The notes beneath the pieces were generated by a model, which was not told where the DNA came from, did no database searches, and saw nothing but the letters and a program-made list of their open reading frames with translations. The position numbers and the translations under genes were made by a program. From an uncultured bacterium (GTDB lineage: Bacteria > Babelota > Babeliae > Babelales > Vermiphilaceae), in NCBI GenBank assembly GCA_963702025.1, contig OY969699.1, forward strand, positions 128,001 to 192,000: DNA of 64,000 bases. Reading direction: 5' to 3'. Below, in pieces: positions 1 to 10,264 of the stretch. How positions within the stretch are numbered: position 1 is the stretch's first letter; the number at the start of each line of letters is the position of its first letter.

Positions 1-324
1 TCCATAAGGATTTTTTAAATCAACCCGTGCCCCAGCTTTCAAAAGAAGTTCAGCAATTGGCAGATTTCCATAAAATGCTGCCCACATAAGAGGAGTTAAA
101 GCATAGTATAAATTTCCTGCCGCATCTTTCGATCCAAAAGGTTCAGAAAAATTTACATCGAGTTGACCTTCAAGTAGAATTTTTTCAACCTCTCCCAAAT
201 CATTTTTTCTAACAGCGGCACCAAGAGCGCTTTGTCTAGTGTTTATATTATTTTGGGGTAATTCCATTGCATCAATAAATGAAAAGCTTATCAACATTGT
301 TGCGAAAATCATTTTCTTATTCAT
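1..324 (-). CDS. Secreted ankyrin-repeat protein (5' part; runs off the window)
   Basis: Manual translation from ATG at 324 (RBS AAGGAG upstream): MNKKMIFATMLISFSFIDAMELPQ...SALGAAVRKNDLGEVEKILL...LTPLMWAAFYGNLPIAELLLKAGARVDLKNPYG, i.e. signal peptide plus ankyrin consensus TPLxxAAxxGxxxxxxxLLxxGA. Confidence 0.85.
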   Translation of the reverse strand, partial: MNKKMIFATMLISFSFIDAMELPQNNINTRQSALGAAVRKNDLGEVEKILLEGQLDVNFSEPFGSKDAAGNLYYALTPLMWAAFYGNLPIAELLLKAGARVDLKNPYG

Positions 325-606
325 AAATACTCCTTTTAATGAAATAGTAGTATAAGCCAACTATTTGACTTATTTCTAATTGTAATTATACCAATAGATT
401 AGAATAGTAGTCAATGGTTTAAACAAACAATCTATATATTCAGAATAGATTAAAAGGTGCTCTTTAGATCTTGTATCGCATAACAAAATTTTCTAAAGGC
501 CTAAAGAACAACTTCTATCACCTTTACTTTTTTCTTTACTTCAAAATACAATTTGTGCTACTTTAAAATCAAATATTAAATTCGCACAAATAAGCAGGTA
601 AACAAT

Positions 607-1818
607 ATGATTTACAAGCGGGATCTAACCAAAAAGCTAAAAAACATGGCCAAATTTCCCGTGGTTGCCCTTTTGGGGCCCCGTCAATCGGGGAAGACCA
701 CGCTTGCAAGGAACCATTTTAAAAAATATGCCTATTTTTCTTTTGAAAATCCGATGACTCGGGAATTTGCCTTTTCTGATCCCGCACGTTTTTTAAGAGA
801 AAGCGAAAATAAGCACGGCATAATTCTTGATGAATTCCAGCATGTTCCTCAAATTCTCTCCTATATCCAAATCATTGTTGATGAAAAAAAACGTCCGGGC
901 TACTTTGTTCTTACCGGTTCTCAAAATTACTTAATGAATCAATCAATAACGCAATCACTTGCCGGCAGAGTTGGCATCCTCACCTTGCTTCCCCTTTCAC
1001 TTCATGAACTTCGCGAAAATAAACTCTGGGACGATAATATTGATTCATTGATGATAAAGGGCTTTTACCCACGTATCTATGCTGAAAAAATCGAGCCAGT
1101 TGATTTGTATCCCGCTTATATTCAAACCTACATAGAAAGAGACGTACGCCAATTAAGTAATATTGGCGATCTGCATACATTTCAAAAATTTATGGCTCTT
1201 TGTGCTGGCCGAATAGCCCAACAATTAAACCTTTCTGATATTGCGGCAAATTGTAGCATTAGTGTTCCAACTGCAACTAAATGGCTCTCTATCTTAGAGG
1301 CGGGCTATATTGTTTATCTCTTACCTCCTTATTTTAACAATTTCAGCAAACGTCTCACAAAAACACCAAAGCTCTATTTTTATGATACCGGTCTCGCTTG
1401 TAGTCTTTTAGGAATCACATCACCCACCATTATTGCGGCGAGCCCTTTCCGTGGTAGTCTTTTTGAAAATTTAGTTATCAGCGACCTATGCAAACAATAT
1501 TTTAACCAAGGTAAACGCCCTCCGCTCTACTTCTGGCGAGATCAAAACGGGAGAATAGAAATTGATTGCATTATAGATCAAGGAATCCAAACGATTCCGG
1601 TAGAAATTAAATCCTCTGAGACTACTACTTCTTCATTCCTTGATAATTTAGAACAATGGAATGAGTTATCAAAGAGCAATCCCGATAATAATTATCTTAT
1701 TTATGCCGGGCAGCGCTCTCAAAAAAGAAGCCGCGGAAACATAATCAGTTGGAATGACATGCCTGAAATAGTAGATAACTTATCAAAAAAACTAGAAAAA
1801 TCATTAAAGAAAAAGTAA
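607..1818 (+). CDS. AAA+ ATPase, AAA_14/DUF4143 family
   Basis: Walker A GPRQSGKT, Walker B IILDEFQ, KLYFYDTG and C-terminal EID...EIK nuclease-like motif. Confidence 0.9.
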   Translation: MIYKRDLTKKLKNMAKFPVVALLGPRQSGKTTLARNHFKKYAYFSFENPMTREFAFSDPARFLRESENKHGIILDEFQHVPQILSYIQIIVDEKKRPGYFVLTGSQNYLMNQSITQSLAGRVGILTLLPLSLHELRENKLWDDNIDSLMIKGFYPRIYAEKIEPVDLYPAYIQTYIERDVRQLSNIGDLHTFQKFMALCAGRIAQQLNLSDIAANCSISVPTATKWLSILEAGYIVYLLPPYFNNFSKRLTKTPKLYFYDTGLACSLLGITSPTIIAASPFRGSLFENLVISDLCKQYFNQGKRPPLYFWRDQNGRIEIDCIIDQGIQTIPVEIKSSETTTSSFLDNLEQWNELSKSNPDNNYLIYAGQRSQKRSRGNIISWNDMPEIVDNLSKKLEKSLKKK

Positions 1819-1861
1819 AAGCTCATAAAAAAATAAGCACGTATAATTTTTAGGAGAACAT

Positions 1862-2545
1862 ATGAAAAAATTTATTGTAATAGCATTGGCATTATTAATA
1901 GCATTCGGTGCGTATCATCTTTATAAAGGCACCAGCACAGAAAAAATTTATTCAGTACCCGAAGCTGTTACCATCCTCAATGACGTTTATAAAGACACGA
2001 GTGGATTTTTAATCGGGACAGATGAGCGCCTGATGATTGAAAATAAGGGTGGCAATGCAACGTATGGCGAAATCTTACCACAATCAGTTGCGGTAATGCT
2101 CGCTGATCATCCGTTAACTAAAAAAGACGTTTTTTACGATTTGGGTTCAGGCACCGGCAAAGTGTGTGTGCAAGTGGCACTAACAACCCCCGCGCGCGCT
2201 GTTGGCGTTGAACTTTCATCATCGCGTCACAAAATAGCCCAAGCGGCACGACAAGAATTGCTTGATAAGAAAATTATGAGTGATCCGCGCAAATTAACAT
2301 TCATTGAAGATGATATTCTTGCTGTTGATCTGAGTGATGCAACCATTATCTTTTTATGTTCAACCTGTTTTTCTGAAGAATTGATGCAAAAATTAGTAGA
2401 AAAGATTGCTGCTATTAAACACCCGGCGAGAGTTTTCACTTTAAAAAAATTACCTCCTCAGGATCTTTTTAAAGAAGGCAAAACATATCATTTGCCAATG
2501 ACCTGGTCGGATAATACTGCCGTTCACAGTTATGAATTACTCTGA
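1862..2545 (+). CDS. DOT1-like class I SAM-dependent methyltransferase with N-terminal signal/anchor
   Basis: TYGEI...FYDLGSGTGKVCVQVAL...GVELSSSR motif order typical of the DOT1 domain; hydrophobic N-terminus MKKFIVIALALLIAFGAY. Confidence 0.75.
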   Translation: MKKFIVIALALLIAFGAYHLYKGTSTEKIYSVPEAVTILNDVYKDTSGFLIGTDERLMIENKGGNATYGEILPQSVAVMLADHPLTKKDVFYDLGSGTGKVCVQVALTTPARAVGVELSSSRHKIAQAARQELLDKKIMSDPRKLTFIEDDILAVDLSDATIIFLCSTCFSEELMQKLVEKIAAIKHPARVFTLKKLPPQDLFKEGKTYHLPMTWSDNTAVHSYELL

Positions 2546-2997
2546 AATTTTTCTTCTAAAATCTGTGCGTGAGCCCTGATAAATTCTTGTTTGCTGATAA
2601 CCGTTTGGCACAGCATCCAACCACTGCTTGTCGCATAAAAATGTGGTGCGTTACATTTTGTATTGGCATCGATTATCACAACGGATTTATTCGATGGGTT
2701 ATAATGCGCGTAAACAGCAAGAATAATTTCTTTTAAGTTTTGCACAGATGCACTATTTTTTTGTTCGGCCCCGCCACATAGTTCCGCGCCACCATCAATA
2801 GTTGTTTCAATTACTGCCATATCGCCTTCTGATTTGCAGTCAAAGCTCACTGAGCTTGCTTCACTAGAATGGTGGATCCCATATCTGTTTTGCCAATATG
2901 CACGGAGAATCTCATGCGAAATATAAGGAAGAGCAACTGAACATTGGACGGTGAAAAGCAAAAGAAAAGCAACAAAAAAATGTTTATTGGTAACCAT
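2530..2997 (-). CDS. Hypothetical exported protein, paralog of the upstream gene
   Basis: Signal-like N-terminus; shares VIETT, SVxxID and GWxxCxT segments with 2984..3601. Confidence 0.6.
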   Translation of the reverse strand: MVTNKHFFVAFLLLFTVQCSVALPYISHEILRAYWQNRYGIHHSSEASSVSFDCKSEGDMAVIETTIDGGAELCGGAEQKNSASVQNLKEIILAVYAHYNPSNKSVVIIDANTKCNAPHFYATSSGWMLCQTVISKQEFIRAHAQILEEKFQSNS

Positions 2998-3601
2998 TTT
3001 TTTCCTTTTTAATTTTTTCTACAAGCTCATTGAACACTGCCTTTGGCATGCGTGTTTCACACATGAGCCAGCCCCGATTTGTATCATATAAGACGCGAGG
3101 AAATGCCACGGTGTAATCATCAATCACAAGGGCCACACTTTTATGATCATATTGTGGCAGTTGATTTGTTAGTTCTCTAAAACGGTTTCCAGCTGTGGTT
3201 AAAAAAGTATCAACAGCATGAACTATTTTGCCGCTTATTAATTTTTTTTCATTTGCGAGCATTACTGCTTTAGTATTATCAAAAGTATCTTTTTGTCCCC
3301 ATACGGTAGTTTCAAGAACAACATAATCATGAGTATTTTCTTTTATTTCGCAATCTACATTTGGCAGTGCGATAAAGGTTGCAAGGCTTGTTGAATGGGG
3401 CGGCTGACCATACTTTTCCAGATATGCTTCAAGGTAGCGGGTCATGATCTTCATGCTGAGCTTATCATTTTTTTCCGGCAGAGCTATTTCTATTCTGCCC
3501 GCTTGGCGATCTAGCCGCGCAAACATTATCGTTGCAGAGTAACACGATGCAAAGATAAATACAGCAGACACGAGAAAAGTTCCGATAAAATACCGATTCA
3601 T
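2984..3601 (-). CDS. Hypothetical exported protein
   Basis: ORF follows nusB; probable start MNRYFIG at 3601; signal-like N-terminus. Confidence 0.6.
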   Translation of the reverse strand: MNRYFIGTFLVSAVFIFASCYSATIMFARLDRQAGRIEIALPEKNDKLSMKIMTRYLEAYLEKYGQPPHSTSLATFIALPNVDCEIKENTHDYVVLETTVWGQKDTFDNTKAVMLANEKKLISGKIVHAVDTFLTTAGNRFRELTNQLPQYDHKSVALVIDDYTVAFPRVLYDTNRGWLMCETRMPKAVFNELVEKIKKEKNGYQ

Positions 3602-3639
3602 TAAAGCCTCACAAGTAAAAAGAAATTTTTTAGAATAAC

Positions 3640-4161
3640 TCAACTAGCTTCTTCAGCGGGAACCTGGGCTGTTTCCATTTCAGCTTCGCGTCCCATTTTT
3701 TTGACTGCTTCATCAAGAATGCCATTCACAAATTTATAGGCATCACGCTCTGCAAAACATTTGGCAAGTTCTATCGCTTCATTTAAGACAATATTTGCCG
3801 ATGTTTTAGTGTTATATAATTCCCACAATGCCAAGCGCAAAATCAATTTGGTGCAGACGCCAATGCGATCGAAGCGCCAGTTATGCAATAATGGTTTAAT
3901 TGCGTCATCAAGCATTTGACGATTTTCAATCACACTCTGCGCAACCTTAAACACTTCACTATCAAATGGTATTGCGATATTAAATCCGCGATTAAAATTA
4001 TCAACAACGCCCTGCAGCGATACATCGTAGTCAAAGGCATCCATCGCATACAATAAATGAAAGATTAACGAACGTACTTCTCGTCGTGACAAATCATTAT
4101 AAGAAAAGGTTTGATCAAGGATATTCGGTTCATCCTGACGCACATCAACACAACCATTCAT
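3640..4161 (-). CDS. nusB: Transcription antitermination factor NusB
   Basis: SRREVR N-terminus, WRFDRI, ILRLALWEL, LNEAIELAK, KFVNGILD motifs. Confidence 0.95.
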   Translation of the reverse strand: MNGCVDVRQDEPNILDQTFSYNDLSRREVRSLIFHLLYAMDAFDYDVSLQGVVDNFNRGFNIAIPFDSEVFKVAQSVIENRQMLDDAIKPLLHNWRFDRIGVCTKLILRLALWELYNTKTSANIVLNEAIELAKCFAERDAYKFVNGILDEAVKKMGREAEMETAQVPAEEAS

Positions 4162-4181
4162 AGCGACCCCATTCGGTAAAT

Positions 4182-4751
4182 TTATTTTTTAACTCGTTCT
4201 AAATATGCTGAGGTGCGTGAATCAATTTTTAATACGTCACCCTCATTAATAAAAAGAGGAACTTGAATCACAAGACCTGTTTCTAGCGTTGCAGGCTTAC
4301 TTCCTGCCCCCTGTGCTGTATCGCCACGAACACCCGGAGGGGTTTCTTTAACTTCTAGTTCCATAAATAGAGGAGGGGTAACCGCGATTGGCTTATCGGA
4401 GAAATATAAGACTGTATAAACAATCTGTTCTTTAAGAAAATCGAGCACTTCTTCAACCTGACTTTCAGTTAGGATAACCTGCTCATAAGACTCTTGATCC
4501 ATGAAGTTATAATCGTTGCCTTCTTTGTATAAATACTGCATTTGGCGGTATTCAAGATTAGGATCGGGGAACTTTTCACCTGAGCGGAAGAGCTCCTCAT
4601 GAACAAGACCGGTTAAAAGGTTTTTCATCTTCGTGCGAACGAAAGCGCCACCTTTTCCCGGCTTTACGTGATGATATTCAATAACCATATATGGAGCGTC
4701 ACGAAATAATATTTTAGCGCCCTTGCGAAAATCAGAAGTAGAAATCACCAT
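4182..4751 (-). CDS. efp: Elongation factor P
   Basis: HVKPGKGGAFVRTK, PGVRGDTA, KPATLETG, VPLFI motifs. Confidence 0.98.
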   Translation of the reverse strand: MVISTSDFRKGAKILFRDAPYMVIEYHHVKPGKGGAFVRTKMKNLLTGLVHEELFRSGEKFPDPNLEYRQMQYLYKEGNDYNFMDQESYEQVILTESQVEEVLDFLKEQIVYTVLYFSDKPIAVTPPLFMELEVKETPPGVRGDTAQGAGSKPATLETGLVIQVPLFINEGDVLKIDSRTSAYLERVKK

Positions 4752-4957
4752 TAATCCTTACTATAAAAGAACAATTTTTTATGGTAATTATCAGTATAGA
4801 AAGCCAAATAAAAATTGCAATTAATTCTTACGCCCGATCCAAGTGGCCAATTCGTTATTTTATTGACAAAGTGAAATAAAAAGAGATAGAAGGGATTTGC
4901 AAGATGCTATAGACTAAGAGATTATCAGAAAATTTAGCTACCAAAAAAATGACTCTC

Positions 4958-5035
4958 CCGCTCGCCCTGAGCTTGTCGAAGGGAGCGAGCTTACCTGATG
5001 CCGCTCGAATGGTTCGACAAGCTCACCACGAGCGG
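4958..5035. repeat. REP-like palindromic doublet
   Basis: ccgctcgccctgagcttgtcgaaggg ... tggttcgacaagctcaccacgagcgg in inverted orientation; same family recurs across the window. Confidence 0.8.
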
Positions 5036-5093
5036 TTTTTTTAGTTTTTGGCTAAACTCTAAAGTAAAAAAACCTTAAAAGTGAGAAGATCCT

Positions 5094-6329
5094 ATGCCAA
5101 CCCTTAATGTAATTGACCCGGAACTCTATAGCATTATTCACCAAGAAGAGTTGCGTCAAAAAAATCAGATAAGCTTAATTGCTTCAGAAAACTATGCGTC
5201 TCAAGCAGTTCTTGATGCATCTGGATCAGTGCTTACCAATAAATATGCCGAAGGATATCCGGGTAAACGATATTATGCAGGCTGCGCCTTGGTTGATCAA
5301 GCAGAACTGGTTGCCATCCATCGCTGCAAACAACTGTTTGGCGCAGAGCACGTTAATGTGCAACCCCATGCCGGGTCTCAAGCAAATATGGCAGTCTACT
5401 TTTCCATACTAAAACCGGGTGACACTATTTTAGGCATGAGTTTGGCAGAAGGAGGACATCTCACGCATGGCCATTCGGTTAACTTTTCAGGATCTTTATA
5501 TAAAGCAGTTTCCTACGGGGTCAACAAAGATACTGAACTGCTCGATTATGATCAGCTGGCAAAACTTGCCCAAGAATATAAACCAAAACTCATTATTGCC
5601 GGCGCTTCAGCTTATTCTCGAATTATCGATTTTACGCGAATCGCGCGCATTGCTCAAGAAAACAATTCTTACTTTATGGCCGACATTGCCCACATTGCCG
5701 GGCTCATTGCGGCTGAGTTGCACCCCAGCCCAATTGCAGAAGCCGATTTTGTTACGAGCACAACGCATAAAACATTGCGTGGGCCACGAGGTGGCCTTAT
5801 CATGTGCAAATCCAAGCACGCGGCATCCATTGATAGAGCAATAATGCCCGGCATGCAAGGCGGACCATTTATGAATATGATTGCCGCCAAAGCCGTTGCA
5901 TTTCAAGAGGCGCTCCAACCAAATTTTATTTCCTACCAAAAACAGACAATTAAAAATGCGCAAGATATGGCCAATGCCTTGCAAGACCTAGGATATCGTA
6001 TTGTTACCGGCGGCACTGATAACCATTTATTTATTGTTGATTTACAGTCAAAAAAAATCACCGGCAAAGCAGCTGAGGCAGCGCTGGAAAAAGCGGGGAT
6101 AATCGTAAGCCGTAGTTGCATTCCCAACGATCCTCAAAAACCGGGAATCACGAGCGGCTTTCGCATCGGGACACCGGCCTTAACCACCCGTGGCGTGGCG
6201 AATAAAGAAGATATCCAATCTGTGGCTCAACTGATTAATGATGTAATAAAAAATCATGACAATGATATGCTCCTCAAATCAATTGAAGAACAGGTGAGCA
6301 TTTTTTGCAGCAAATATCCGATTTATTAA
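5094..6329 (+). CDS. glyA: Serine hydroxymethyltransferase
   Basis: LIASEN, NKYAEGYPGKRYY, GGHLTHG, TSTTHKTLRGPRGG (PLP lysine). Confidence 0.98.
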   Translation: MPTLNVIDPELYSIIHQEELRQKNQISLIASENYASQAVLDASGSVLTNKYAEGYPGKRYYAGCALVDQAELVAIHRCKQLFGAEHVNVQPHAGSQANMAVYFSILKPGDTILGMSLAEGGHLTHGHSVNFSGSLYKAVSYGVNKDTELLDYDQLAKLAQEYKPKLIIAGASAYSRIIDFTRIARIAQENNSYFMADIAHIAGLIAAELHPSPIAEADFVTSTTHKTLRGPRGGLIMCKSKHAASIDRAIMPGMQGGPFMNMIAAKAVAFQEALQPNFISYQKQTIKNAQDMANALQDLGYRIVTGGTDNHLFIVDLQSKKITGKAAEAALEKAGIIVSRSCIPNDPQKPGITSGFRIGTPALTTRGVANKEDIQSVAQLINDVIKNHDNDMLLKSIEEQVSIFCSKYPIY

Positions 6330-7102
6330 AACACGTAGCGGATCGCAGCCGTGATAGGAAATCGTATTTCGGTGCCGATTTTGCCAATCGTAAGCGAAGT
6401 AAAGGTAGAGATAGGGACGCTTAATGCAATGTTATCACCAACTTTGGCACTTTGCGAGACAACAACCTCTGCGGTTACAACAAAGAACCAGTTTCTCCAA
6501 ATATGTATATCAAGCCCACCGTTAATACCGCCGGCAATTGACGTATTCCGTTTAAAAAAATCGATATTATCAACAGTGGTTACCGTTGAACCAACAACTA
6601 TCGCCGCTTCCAAATGGGTGCCACTATGATGCGTTAACCCTATTTTTGCGCCAAAAAACGGGTGGGCCCAATTGCAAAAGCAATAATCCCAATAATACCT
6701 GCCGCCAATATAGGCATCAAATAATCGATAGTTATGCGATGCAATCATGGCAGGCAAACGCGGTACCGATGCGGTTACAATTGCTTCTTGGTCCTTACCA
6801 CGGGCCTGAACATAATTAATTTCGCCATAAAAACGAATAGTGTCCGACCAAGCATATCCCACTTGACCGCCCACGGTCCAAGCAGTATGAAATAAGGTAC
6901 TAAAATGGGGCGATTCGAATAATGCGAGCGCAGATGTTACCGCCGGAAAGGTGAATGGCGCAAGATTCTCTTCATAACCGTGGCGCCACACTATCGGCAC
7001 CACACCGGCTTGGAATTGAACATCCAAGTGTCCGCAATCAAGCGGCCGGCCCAAAACAATTCCGGATATTAGTAACAACAAAGAATATTTTATGATTTTC
7101 AT
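6326..7102 (-). CDS. Cys-containing outer-membrane beta-barrel protein, family A copy 1
   Basis: Signal peptide, alternating amphipathic strands, WxVGGQVGYA motif, C-terminal IRYVF (BAM signal); start MKIIKY at 7102. Confidence 0.75.
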   Translation of the reverse strand: MKIIKYSLLLLISGIVLGRPLDCGHLDVQFQAGVVPIVWRHGYEENLAPFTFPAVTSALALFESPHFSTLFHTAWTVGGQVGYAWSDTIRFYGEINYVQARGKDQEAIVTASVPRLPAMIASHNYRLFDAYIGGRYYWDYCFCNWAHPFFGAKIGLTHHSGTHLEAAIVVGSTVTTVDNIDFFKRNTSIAGGINGGLDIHIWRNWFFVVTAEVVVSQSAKVGDNIALSVPISTFTSLTIGKIGTEIRFPITAAIRYVF

Positions 7103-7191
7103 GAGCCTCTCCTTAGTAGATAACAACCTACTTGTGCTTAAAATACGAAAAGCAGCGCAAGAAAATCAAGAAGAGTTTTTTGCTCAAAAAA

Positions 7192-7217
7192 GAAGGCACC
7201 AAAATTGGTGCCTTCTT
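7192..7217 (-). terminator. Intrinsic terminator
   Basis: gaaggcacc-aaaatt-ggtgccttc hairpin with A tract on + (U tract on -). Confidence 0.7.
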
Positions 7218-7237
7218 GAATAGTTTTTCTAAATTGA

Positions 7238-8098
7238 TTAGAAGCTATATCTTACTGCTGCAGTTACTGGGAAGCGCAACTCAGTACCAATAGCTCCTGG
7301 AAGAACATTGCTAATTGAAGCGAATGAAGTTGTAAGAGGAATGTTGTTCACATTTCTTGGACCACATGAAGCAACTACTTCACCGGTTACAACAAATGAC
7401 CAATTGCCGCAGAAACACACATCAAAACCAACGTTTCCGCCACCGCTTACTACGGTATTACTTCTAAATATATTTGTATCGGCGAGTGGAAGATTTGCAA
7501 CTGTTGGCGCTGCAAGAATAATATCGGCATTTGTTCGTTTGTGATGCGTTAAACCGACTTTTCCACCCAGGAAGAATGAAACACGATCACACCAGCGATC
7601 CCAATAATACCGAGCTCCTACATACGCATCAAATATTTTGTATTTGTGGAATGAGAATGTTCCGGTTACGACACTGTTGAAATCAGTAGGAATTAATACT
7701 GAATCTTTACCTTTAGCTTGTGAATAATTAAATTCTAAATATACACGGGTATTATCTGAAAATGCATAACCAACTTGTCCACCAACAATCCACGGTATTC
7801 TAAACAGCTTGCGGAACTTTGGAACATTGTCGTAAATCACGGCTACAGGGCTAGCGGCAGGAGCCAGACTACAATCTACGCCTAAGATTTGATCCCTGTT
7901 ACGCCAGAGAATTGGATTCACGCCACCCTGCACTTGCAAGTCCCATGCGCCGCAATACAACGGATTGCATCCGCATTCATAGCATGATGATTCACAACAT
8001 CCGCCATCATCAGCATATTCGCGGGTAGCTTGAGCTGTGCCAACCACCGCGGTTGCCAATAAAAGAATTGATAAATATTTTGCAGTAAATAATTTCAT
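7238..8098 (-). CDS. Cys-rich outer-membrane beta-barrel protein, family A copy 2
   Basis: Start MKLFTAK at 8098 after AAGGGAG; CCESSCYECGCNPLYCG N-terminal cluster; ends VRYSF. Confidence 0.8.
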   Translation of the reverse strand: MKLFTAKYLSILLLATAVVGTAQATREYADDGGCCESSCYECGCNPLYCGAWDLQVQGGVNPILWRNRDQILGVDCSLAPAASPVAVIYDNVPKFRKLFRIPWIVGGQVGYAFSDNTRVYLEFNYSQAKGKDSVLIPTDFNSVVTGTFSFHKYKIFDAYVGARYYWDRWCDRVSFFLGGKVGLTHHKRTNADIILAAPTVANLPLADTNIFRSNTVVSGGGNVGFDVCFCGNWSFVVTGEVVASCGPRNVNNIPLTTSFASISNVLPGAIGTELRFPVTAAVRYSF

Positions 8099-8231
8099 AT
8101 TTTCTCCCTTAGAATTGGTTAAATGATACTGCAACCACGCCTAAGATTACCCTGAATTGTCAGAAAAAATCAAGCTTTATTTAAATTCTACCACCGTACT
8201 GGATTTTTTTCTGACAATTTCAGTAGAGAAA

Positions 8232-9110
8232 TTAAAATGTATAACGAGCCCCTACCGTGATTGGGAAGCGCAATTCCGTACCGATAGAACCAAATATGAG
8301 ATTATTAATACCAGGAACCACTAACGGTGCTGGATTGCAACCGGCATTCTGACCAAATGCGATAGTATCGCCACTTCTTGGTCCACAATTTGCAACTACT
8401 TCGCCAACGATCATTAGATTCCAACAATTGCACATGCAAACATCTAAGCCAATGCTTAAACCACCGCTTACTTTAGTATTTTTATCAAAAAAAGGTTGAT
8501 CGGTAACAAACGCAACCGCCGCTGCCGGAGGTATAGCGAGAGTAGAGCTGAATTTTATACGTTGATGATGCATTGCACCAACTTTTGCGCCAAGAAACAC
8601 CGAATATCTGTCGCACCAGCGATCAAAGAAATATTGGAATCCAAGGTAGCCATCGTAGAGCTTATACTTGTGCAGATCAAAGACCAATGTTGATGCCGGT
8701 GATTGAAGAGTTTGGAACGATTCATCATGTTTGCCGCTGGCTTGAACATAATTAAATTCAGCATAAATACGAATATTATCAGAAATTGCATAACCAACTT
8801 GACCACCAATGGTCCATGGCACATGGAATAATTTAAAGAAACGAGGTGTTTTTAAAAATTGAACCACCGGATTAGCGCCGGCAACGTTGGTGCATTGAAT
8901 GGCAGAAATGTAACCACGGTGTTCCCACAATATCGGCACCACACCACCATGAACTTGAAGATCGAAAGCGCCACACGCCAACGGAATCTCAGAACAAGTG
9001 TAGCCACAACAAACCGGTTCACATTCCCGGCAATCAGAATCGGCAAGAAGAGGGGCAGCAAAAAAAAGCGCCAGCGCTAAAATACTGCTTTTATACATTG
9101 CAAACTTCAT
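8232..9110 (-). CDS. Cys-rich outer-membrane beta-barrel protein, family A copy 3
   Basis: Signal peptide, Cys cluster, DRWCDR motif, ends ARYTF. Confidence 0.8.
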   Translation of the reverse strand: MKFAMYKSSILALALFFAAPLLADSDCRECEPVCCGYTCSEIPLACGAFDLQVHGGVVPILWEHRGYISAIQCTNVAGANPVVQFLKTPRFFKLFHVPWTIGGQVGYAISDNIRIYAEFNYVQASGKHDESFQTLQSPASTLVFDLHKYKLYDGYLGFQYFFDRWCDRYSVFLGAKVGAMHHQRIKFSSTLAIPPAAAVAFVTDQPFFDKNTKVSGGLSIGLDVCMCNCWNLMIVGEVVANCGPRSGDTIAFGQNAGCNPAPLVVPGINNLIFGSIGTELRFPITVGARYTF

Positions 9111-9213
9111 ACAATCTCCTTAATAAGGTTTTTATCTCTTTTTGAGTAGCATTTTAATACTAGCTTCATTACCAAAAAAAAATCAAGTCTTAAAAAAATT
9201 TGTTCAAAAACAA

Positions 9214-9246
9214 AAAAAAGGCATTGAATTTCTCAATGCCTTTTTA
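9214..9246 (-). terminator. Intrinsic terminator
   Basis: aaaaaaggcattga-attt-ctcaatgccttttt hairpin with A/T tracts on both sides. Confidence 0.7.
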
Positions 9247-9267
9247 GTTTTTGTTGGCAATTAGATT

Positions 9268-10116
9268 TTAGAAGCTATATCTGATTGCCGCAGTTACCGG
9301 AAAGCGAAGCTCGTTGCCAACGCTACCTACAACCAATTGCGTAATGAGAAGTCCAGTTGCCACGGTAGCCACAGGACCAACAGATCTTGGACCACATGAG
9401 CCAACTACTTCACCAGTTACTACAAATGACCAGTTGCCACAGAAGCAAATATCAAAACCAACGTTAGCGCCGCCGCTGATTACCGTATTGCTACGATATA
9501 CATTTTGGTCTGTGAACGGGGTGGTGTTACCGCTAGCAAAATTGAAATCATAGTTCAATCTTTTGTGATGTGTTAAACCAACTTTACCACCAAGGAAGAA
9601 GGAAACACGATCACACCAGCGATCCCAATAGTAACGAGCACCGGCATATGCATCAAATAATTTATATTTTCTTGCATCACCAAAAGTGAATGTTGAGCCA
9701 TCTTCAGCTAAGATTCCGACATTATTTTTGTGATTTGCTTGTGAGTAGTTAAACTCTAAATACACACGAGTGTTGTCTGACATCGCATAACCAACTTGAC
9801 CACCAACGATCCATGGAATTCTGTATAAGTGGCTGAATTTTGGTGTTTCAAAATAGCTAATCAATGGAGTGGATGCTGAGCAATTCAACGCTAACCAATT
9901 GCCTCTATTGCGCCAGAGAATTGGGTTTACGCCACCTTGCACTTGCAAGTCCCATGCGCCGCAATACAACGGATTGCATCCGCATTCGTAGCACGAAGAT
10001 TCACAACATTGTGAATCACGAGATCCCCCATCATCCTGCCATGCATTCGCCTTGCTACCTAGCAAAGACAAAAGCAGAATAAGTGAGAGATGTTTTGCAG
10101 TAAGAAGTTTTTTCAT
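9268..10116 (-). CDS. Cys-rich outer-membrane beta-barrel protein, family A copy 4
   Basis: CCESSCYECGCNPLYCGAWDLQVQGG identical to copy 2; ends IRYSF. Confidence 0.8.
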   Translation of the reverse strand: MKKLLTAKHLSLILLLSLLGSKANAWQDDGGSRDSQCCESSCYECGCNPLYCGAWDLQVQGGVNPILWRNRGNWLALNCSASTPLISYFETPKFSHLYRIPWIVGGQVGYAMSDNTRVYLEFNYSQANHKNNVGILAEDGSTFTFGDARKYKLFDAYAGARYYWDRWCDRVSFFLGGKVGLTHHKRLNYDFNFASGNTTPFTDQNVYRSNTVISGGANVGFDICFCGNWSFVVTGEVVGSCGPRSVGPVATVATGLLITQLVVGSVGNELRFPVTAAIRYSF

Positions 10117-10264
10117 ATTTACCCTTTTTTTTAAAGTGTTAATACTGCAACCGACTATAGATTACTCCGAAGAATAAAAAAAAATCAAGAGTCAAATTAA
10201 AAAAAAGTAACCCAGATGCTGTTCTTGCCAACATCTGGGTTGTAACAAATACTTTATTTACGCA

